Assembly: GCA_030141605.1 (NCBI GenBank)
Contig: JAQGDQ010002412.1
Location: 52,888-65,808 of the forward strand
Direction of reading: 5' to 3'
DNA from: Tubiluchus corallicola
Lineage: Eukaryota > Animalia > Priapulida
Length of the DNA: 12,921 nucleotides
The position numbers and the translations under genes were made by a program. Below are positions 8,118 to 12,921 of this stretch, piece after piece. How positions within the stretch are numbered: position 1 is the first letter of the stretch; each line of letters starts with the position of its first letter. The notes below the pieces were generated by a model, which saw only the letters and a list, made by a program, of their open reading frames with translations, had not been told where the DNA came from and made no database searches.

Positions 8118-10169
8118 TTACTTTTTTAAAGAAAGAGATAGTTTGTCTTCCATTTCAAACTTTGGTAATATTTCTTTTAGTAAACGGAGTATATATGAGG
8201 CACTGTACCAGTTATATATAAAATAGCCATTTTCAAGTTCTTCGTATCTAAAATTTTCTTTATTTTTAGAAATTTTATACTTTTCTTTAAATTCTTCGCT
8301 TTCAATTATATTAGGCTGGTTTGATAATATTTTGTTAATAACCTTTAAGTATAACTCTTTCCAATTTGGTTCTAATATGGGTTCACCTTCAAAATTAACG
8401 AATTTTATTTTTTTATTTGTTACTTCTTCTTCCTCCACTATATCCATTATGTTTTGCAATTCATCTTTTTCTAATTGAGAAATGTCTATGTCAGGGTATT
8501 TCCATATATCAATTACCTTTTTATATATTTCTTCAGTTCTTTTTTTTAACTCTTCAATGCCAAATCTCTCTAAATCAGCTAAACTTTTAGTTAATTGAGT
8601 GTTGCTTGTTTTGTATATGTTTTTTTTGTCTGCAAAACACTTATTGCTTAATTTGCTATTGTTACCTGTTATTGTTAGGTTACCTATAGTGTTTAGCTTT
8701 TCTTTCATTTTTTCATACTCTTCTCCGCCTAACTCTTCTTTCCATTTTTTATCAGGATTTTGAGGAAAGATATGTTCTATAGAAATATCAGGATTATTTA
8801 AATCAATATACTCTTTGTTGTTGTGAGTTTCAATACGTTCGAAAAAGTATTTCTTGTGCTTGGGATAACTGTTGTAAATGTCTAAATTTTTCAAATAGTG
8901 TTTAATTTCCTCATTTTTAGGAAACTTACTGCGTCCTGCTCTTGTAAGTAGGTATCGTTGAAATCTTTTTAAAGGTGATAATGAGGTGTTTGAGTAAGCC
9001 TCATGTAAATAACAAAAAACTTTATTTAACACGCTTGTAGGCAATCCTGCTATGAATCTACGCCAAACATAGCTTTGTGTAAGTTCTAATGTATCTATAA
9101 AATTATTTACATCTATTCTGTTTTCTTCATAATCTTTATATAGTTGCATTAAAAAGGGATAGGAAACATTAACTTCCATTTCATTAATCCATTGAATATG
9201 TTTCCTGATTTTTTCATTAGGTTCTTTGGTAGGGTTAATAAGTTTACCATAAAGGTAAGAGTATCCTTTAAGTTTATCTAACATTTTTTTTATTTCTTCT
9301 ATATCCCCTACTTTTCGATATTCCTTTTTAAACTCTTCGTATACTTTGTTTTTGGAAGGAATTTGCTTTTTTTGCATAGTAAGAAAATCGCGAATAAAAT
9401 CAGCGGTAACTTTTTCATTTTTATCTTTCCTTATGGTATTCTCTTCTATTATTTTCCAATAGTCATCAAAAAATTTTTGTTGAATTTTGGGATCTAATCT
9501 CATTAATACATAGTTTCTAATTAAGTCTGCTTGAGTTAGGTCTAACCCTGTAGAATTCATGCTTTCAAAAATTTTTTGAGGGTCATCAAATTGACGATTT
9601 AGTGCTATATCCACGAAGGTTAGTTTTCTTATTCCTTTTTGAACAATTTCTATATTTTCAGAGGTTATTTTTTTAAAGAAAAAAATAAAATTTTTAATAA
9701 TATTAGAGTGGCTTCCAAAGTCTCTTTGAAAATCATTACTTAAAATGTGTTGAAGGGCTTTTGTGTTGTTATCAGTGCTTTTTAATTTCAACTTTTCTTG
9801 TTCATCTTGAGCAAACTTATTTGTTAAATATAGCTCTTCTATCCTCGCTTTTTCTGATTCATTGGTCAATTTTCTCCAAATAGCAATGTATAGTATTGTT
9901 ATAGTTGTCAATCGTTGCTGCCCGTCTATTATCGTTAATAATTTAGTTTCGTTGCTAGTTGCAGTCTTAGATTCATCGTCGCCAATATATACTATGCTTC
10001 CAATGAAATGGGCATTAACTTCGTCATTGTCACCAATACTTAAAATATCACTCCATAACTGTTTACATTGTTCTTCTCCCCAATCATAATTTCTTTGATA
10101 AACAGGTATTACAAACTGTGTTTCAGGTAATTGAAGGAATTTTGTTATTGTTGATTCATTGGCTTTCAT
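8118..10169 (-). CDS. GmrSD-family (DUF262 + DUF1524/HNH) putative type IV modification-dependent restriction endonuclease with extra C-terminal domain
   Basis: DUF262 motifs IPVYQRNYDW, HFIGSIV, IIDGQQRLTT, IFESMNSTGLDL...DLIRN. DUF1524 HNH-type motifs SIEHIFPQ, IGNLT, NSKLSNK. About 100 extra C-terminal residues. Confidence 0.88.
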   Translation of the reverse strand: MKANESTITKFLQLPETQFVIPVYQRNYDWGEEQCKQLWSDILSIGDNDEVNAHFIGSIVYIGDDESKTATSNETKLLTIIDGQQRLTTITILYIAIWRKLTNESEKARIEELYLTNKFAQDEQEKLKLKSTDNNTKALQHILSNDFQRDFGSHSNIIKNFIFFFKKITSENIEIVQKGIRKLTFVDIALNRQFDDPQKIFESMNSTGLDLTQADLIRNYVLMRLDPKIQQKFFDDYWKIIEENTIRKDKNEKVTADFIRDFLTMQKKQIPSKNKVYEEFKKEYRKVGDIEEIKKMLDKLKGYSYLYGKLINPTKEPNEKIRKHIQWINEMEVNVSYPFLMQLYKDYEENRIDVNNFIDTLELTQSYVWRRFIAGLPTSVLNKVFCYLHEAYSNTSLSPLKRFQRYLLTRAGRSKFPKNEEIKHYLKNLDIYNSYPKHKKYFFERIETHNNKEYIDLNNPDISIEHIFPQNPDKKWKEELGGEEYEKMKEKLNTIGNLTITGNNSKLSNKCFADKKNIYKTSNTQLTKSLADLERFGIEELKKRTEEIYKKVIDIWKYPDIDISQLEKDELQNIMDIVEEEEVTNKKIKFVNFEGEPILEPNWKELYLKVINKILSNQPNIIESEEFKEKYKISKNKENFRYEELENGYFIYNWYSASYILRLLKEILPKFEMEDKLSLSLKK

Positions 10170-10194
10170 AATTTTTATAATTTAAAGTTGCTAA

Positions 10195-10860
10195 TTAATG
10201 GCAACGACTCCCTGTCGAGAGATCGGGGCTAATATATGGTATTCCTAAGTTTAATCCTCTTAGAATAAATAATATACCTAAAACTATTATAAATACGGGA
10301 ACAATTTTGGCAAGCTGTACTCTTGTTTTCATAGGGACAAGATTTTTAGCCAAAGAAAAAACTAATAGCACGGGTACTGTGCCAAAGCCAAACAAAATCA
10401 TATAAAACCCTCCCCCAATGATATTTCCAGTAAGAATAGAGCCCGCTGCTGCTACATAAATTAGCCCGCAGGGTAATAGTCCACTAAGTAAACCTATTAA
10501 TAGTGAAGAGGTTAGAGTTCTATGCCTCAGTTGTTGTGCAAAGCGTTCTTTTACAAACTTGAAAGAAAAAGTAGAACTATTAATACGTTTTTTAGGTATG
10601 AATACAATAGCAATAAGCAATGCTCCTGAGATGATAGAGACCCATTGTTGAATTCCAATTAAAACTGCTCCCTTGCCAATAAGTCCAAATATAATCCCAA
10701 TACAACTATAAGTAATTATACGCCCTAAGCTATATAGTAAAAATAGTGCGATGTTTTTGGTGATTGTTGGTTGTAGTGGCAAAGATAACACTATTGCCCC
10801 ACACATGCCCACGCAGTGAAGTCCTCCTATCAGCCCTATAATTAGCGCCTCTATGTACAT
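10195..10860 (-). CDS. DsbD_2 / sulfite exporter TauE-SafE-like membrane protein of cbb3 oxidase maturation clusters
   Basis: GLHCVGMCG, LGRIITY, GLLPCGLIY, MILFGFGTVP, ILRGLNLGIPYISP; multi-TM. Start overlaps the fixH stop (TAATG). Confidence 0.88.
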   Translation of the reverse strand: MYIEALIIGLIGGLHCVGMCGAIVLSLPLQPTITKNIALFLLYSLGRIITYSCIGIIFGLIGKGAVLIGIQQWVSIISGALLIAIVFIPKKRINSSTFSFKFVKERFAQQLRHRTLTSSLLIGLLSGLLPCGLIYVAAAGSILTGNIIGGGFYMILFGFGTVPVLLVFSLAKNLVPMKTRVQLAKIVPVFIIVLGILFILRGLNLGIPYISPDLSTGSRCH

Positions 10861-11303
10861 TAAAATATTATCTTTTTTTCATAGTAATACTCTTTTTGAT
10901 TGGCTCGCCACGATAGTTTAGCTATCCATAGTCCCCCAGTCAAATTTTTAGCATCATATGTTTGCTTTCCATCTATGTTGGTATTTAATGGAAGTTTGAA
11001 GTCCATTTTGGCATCTGATGGTCTAAAAAAGAGTATCTCTCCATATTCAAAATTTTTTAGTGCTTCTGGAGGTATTTCAAAGTTAAATATTTTGCTTTGT
11101 GTATCAAACTCCACCCGCAAAGTGTCTGTTAGTTGCTTGACATTATTTATTCTGTCTATTTGTTTTTGATACTCTATTTCTTCTCTATAATAGTCTTTAG
11201 TTACTAAATGCATATCATCTTGCGTAAAAGCAAAAAACACCATGGATAATACGAGTAAGACAAATGACGCGTATAGTATGAATATTTTCCAACCCCAATT
11301 CAT
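10860..11303 (-). CDS. fixH: FixH/CcoH family cbb3 oxidase assembly protein
   Basis: MNWGWKI + TM helix, LVTKDYYREEIEYQKQID, FFRPSDAKMDF, GLW; directly downstream of ccoG. Confidence 0.88.
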   Translation of the reverse strand: MNWGWKIFILYASFVLLVLSMVFFAFTQDDMHLVTKDYYREEIEYQKQIDRINNVKQLTDTLRVEFDTQSKIFNFEIPPEALKNFEYGEILFFRPSDAKMDFKLPLNTNIDGKQTYDAKNLTGGLWIAKLSWRANQKEYYYEKKIIF

Positions 11304-11318
11304 AAATTTTTATGTTTA

Positions 11319-12746
11319 TTATCTTCTAGGAGCTTTAAATTTAAGCTCTATTATTTTAATTAGTTTATCTTCTTGATATAAACCTATTGGAACTATTTTT
11401 GTTTTTTTTGCTTTATCAGCATCCATTTTTATCAATAAAGTAGCCTCGACACTACTTTGTGAGGCCACATTAATTTTCCCTTCTTGTTCGTGTAAGCTTG
11501 TAATTTCTGTGTCAATATCATCTACATTTTCTATAGATAGTAGTGATACGGTTAGTTCGTTAAAGGTTTTATTAAAAAGCTTGCAGGAGTAAATGTTAGC
11601 AATTTTTTGATCAACAGTTATATAGTTTGTTCCTCTCATTCTTAGTATAGAAACTTCTACATCGTTTCTTGTGGCGATAAGAAATACTATAATGGACAAC
11701 AAGATAGATAATAATATTGAGTATCCAAAAACTCTTGTGGTAAATATTTTTCCTGTTTTATCTTTAATTGATTGATAGGAGCCATACTTTATTAACCCTG
11801 TTGGTCTATTTATTTTTCGCATCACATCATCGCAGGCGTCCATGCAGGCAGTGCAATTTGTGCATTCTAACTGTGTGCCATTTCTTATGTCTATTCCAGT
11901 AGTACATACATGTATGCACATTTTACAGTCTATACAATCTCCTGCAGCTGCTTGCGTTGTTTCTTTTTTGATTTTTTTTCTTGGCTCTCCTCTTATCCAA
12001 TCGTATATTACAATGATAGAATTTATACCTAAAAGTGCCCCTTGTAGCCTACCATATGGGCAAACTATTGTACATATTTGTTCTCTGAAATAAGCAAAAA
12101 CAAAATAGAATATTCCTGTAAATGCTACTAATCCTATAAACCCAGTTATGTGTTTGTTGGGGGAACTTGAAATTAGCTCTGCTACTTGATCTACACCTAC
12201 TATATAGGCCATTACCACATGGCTTATTATCAAGGAGATAACAAGAAAAATGAAGTGCTTTAAGCCTTTTTTCAGTACTTTACTGGCTGTTTTTCGGCTA
12301 TTGTTTAATTTTTTTTGTTGAATGGCATCTCCTTCTATCCAGTATTCTATTTTTCTGAATACCATTTCCATAAAAAGCGTTTGAGGGCATGTCCACCCAC
12401 ACCATAATCTTCCATACACTACTGTGAAAAGCACAATAAATATAACAAGGGAGATTAGACTTAAAGCTATTATATAAAAGTCAGTTGTCCAAAATATAGA
12501 ACCAAATAGAATAAACTTTCTTTCAAAAATGTTTATTAGAAACCAAGGGTGCCCATCTATTTTTATAAATGGTATTGTTAGAAAAAGAACTAAAAGGGCA
12601 TAAGCTACAATACTTCTCCATCTATAGTATTTCCCTAATGGTTTTTTAGGATATATCCACTTTCTTTGCCCTTTTTCGTCTACCGTTGCTAAATGATTTC
12701 TAAATTCTTCATCATACGAGTATAGGCTTTTTGCCTCTTCCTTCAT
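11319..12746 (-). CDS. ccoG: Cytochrome c oxidase accessory protein CcoG (4Fe-4S, cupric reductase family)
   Basis: GRLWCGWTCPQT, REQICTIVCPYGRLQ, RGEPR, DCIDCKMCIHVC, GIDIRNGTQLECTNCTACMDACD; C-terminal Ig-like region. Confidence 0.95.
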   Translation of the reverse strand: MKEEAKSLYSYDEEFRNHLATVDEKGQRKWIYPKKPLGKYYRWRSIVAYALLVLFLTIPFIKIDGHPWFLINIFERKFILFGSIFWTTDFYIIALSLISLVIFIVLFTVVYGRLWCGWTCPQTLFMEMVFRKIEYWIEGDAIQQKKLNNSRKTASKVLKKGLKHFIFLVISLIISHVVMAYIVGVDQVAELISSSPNKHITGFIGLVAFTGIFYFVFAYFREQICTIVCPYGRLQGALLGINSIIVIYDWIRGEPRKKIKKETTQAAAGDCIDCKMCIHVCTTGIDIRNGTQLECTNCTACMDACDDVMRKINRPTGLIKYGSYQSIKDKTGKIFTTRVFGYSILLSILLSIIVFLIATRNDVEVSILRMRGTNYITVDQKIANIYSCKLFNKTFNELTVSLLSIENVDDIDTEITSLHEQEGKINVASQSSVEATLLIKMDADKAKKTKIVPIGLYQEDKLIKIIELKFKAPRR

Positions 12747-12763
12747 TTCTTCTTTTTATTGAA

Positions 12764-12921
12764 TCATTGGTTGTTAGTTCCATATAGCTTGCCTTCAGGT
12801 GCTTTAGGTTTTTGTGGTGTTGTTCCAACTATGGAAGTCAAAATGTAGCTAGCCACATTTTGGATGTCTCGTTCACCAAGTTGTCCTTTCCATTGTTGCA
12901 TTCCTTTGGCAGGTACACCTT
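12764..12921 (-). CDS. ccoP: cbb3-type cytochrome c oxidase subunit III, C-terminal end (truncated by window edge; not in the supplied ORF track)
   Basis: Minus strand from 12919 translates GVPAKGMQQWKGQLGERDIQNVASYILTSIVGTTPQKPKAPEGKLYGTNNQ*, a cytochrome c C-terminus with axial Met (KGM..W) and VASY. Ends 17 nt before the ccoG start. Confidence 0.85.
   Translation of the reverse strand, partial: GVPAKGMQQWKGQLGERDIQNVASYILTSIVGTTPQKPKAPEGKLYGTNNQ

Noticed and set aside
7172-10169. GmrSD next to queG as a 7-deazaguanine DNA-modification (Dpd-like) or Ssp phosphorothioate system
   Set aside because: QueG acts on tRNA at the last queuosine step. No dpdA/tgt, queC/D/E, folE or sspABCD genes are present in the window.
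8110-10193. Similar 11-mers flanking the GmrSD gene (TAAAGATGTTA at 8110-8120, TAAAGTTGCTA at 10183-10193) as a possible insertion-site duplication
   Set aside because: Two mismatches in 11 nt of AT-rich sequence, and no mobility gene nearby; compatible with chance.
11905-11916. Perfect 12-bp palindrome CATACATGTATG
   Set aside because: Lies inside the ccoG Cys-motif codons, occurs once, and has no regulatory context.
795-12093. Short antisense ORFs in the track (795-980, 1917-2138, 1939-2259, 4472-4810, 4917-5180, 5418-5714, 7887-8081, 9862-10089, 10900-11169, 11842-12093)
   Set aside because: All lie opposite better-supported genes and show no recognisable motifs, so they are most likely shadow ORFs. 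4917-5180 also overlaps the accD end and breaks the minus-strand gene run.
1-12921. CRISPR arrays, tRNA/rRNA, structured ncRNA, IS elements
   Set aside because: The largest intergenic gap is about 135 nt and AT-rich. I saw no repeat-spacer periodicity, cloverleaf-like segments or transposase/integrase ORFs by eye.

Overview
AT-rich, densely coding chromosomal window from a Bacteroidota bacterium, probably Cytophagales-like. This is inferred from the Zn-finger-less AccD, the NqrF and CcoP/CcoG/FixH sequence types, and TAnnTTTG promoter elements. Gene order: 3' end of sucD (+); a full-length galactokinase-fold gene with all ATP-binding and catalytic motifs replaced (+); an MTA/SAH nucleosidase-family gene with an apparent twin-arginine signal peptide (+); a minus-strand run accD - 72-aa membrane ORF - nqrF (no nqrA-E) - frameshifted arginase/formimidoylglutamase-family gene; a GT9 glycosyltransferase (+); and a minus-strand run ccoP (3' end) - ccoG - fixH - DsbD_2/TauE-like - GmrSD-type DUF262/DUF1524 nuclease - queG. 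I saw no RNA genes, CRISPR arrays or mobile elements. The most notable items are the putative GalK pseudokinase paired with a possibly Tat-exported nucleosidase, and a type IV restriction-like gene with an extra C-terminal domain embedded at the tail of the cbb3 oxidase operon. All family calls come from motif recognition by eye, not database searches.
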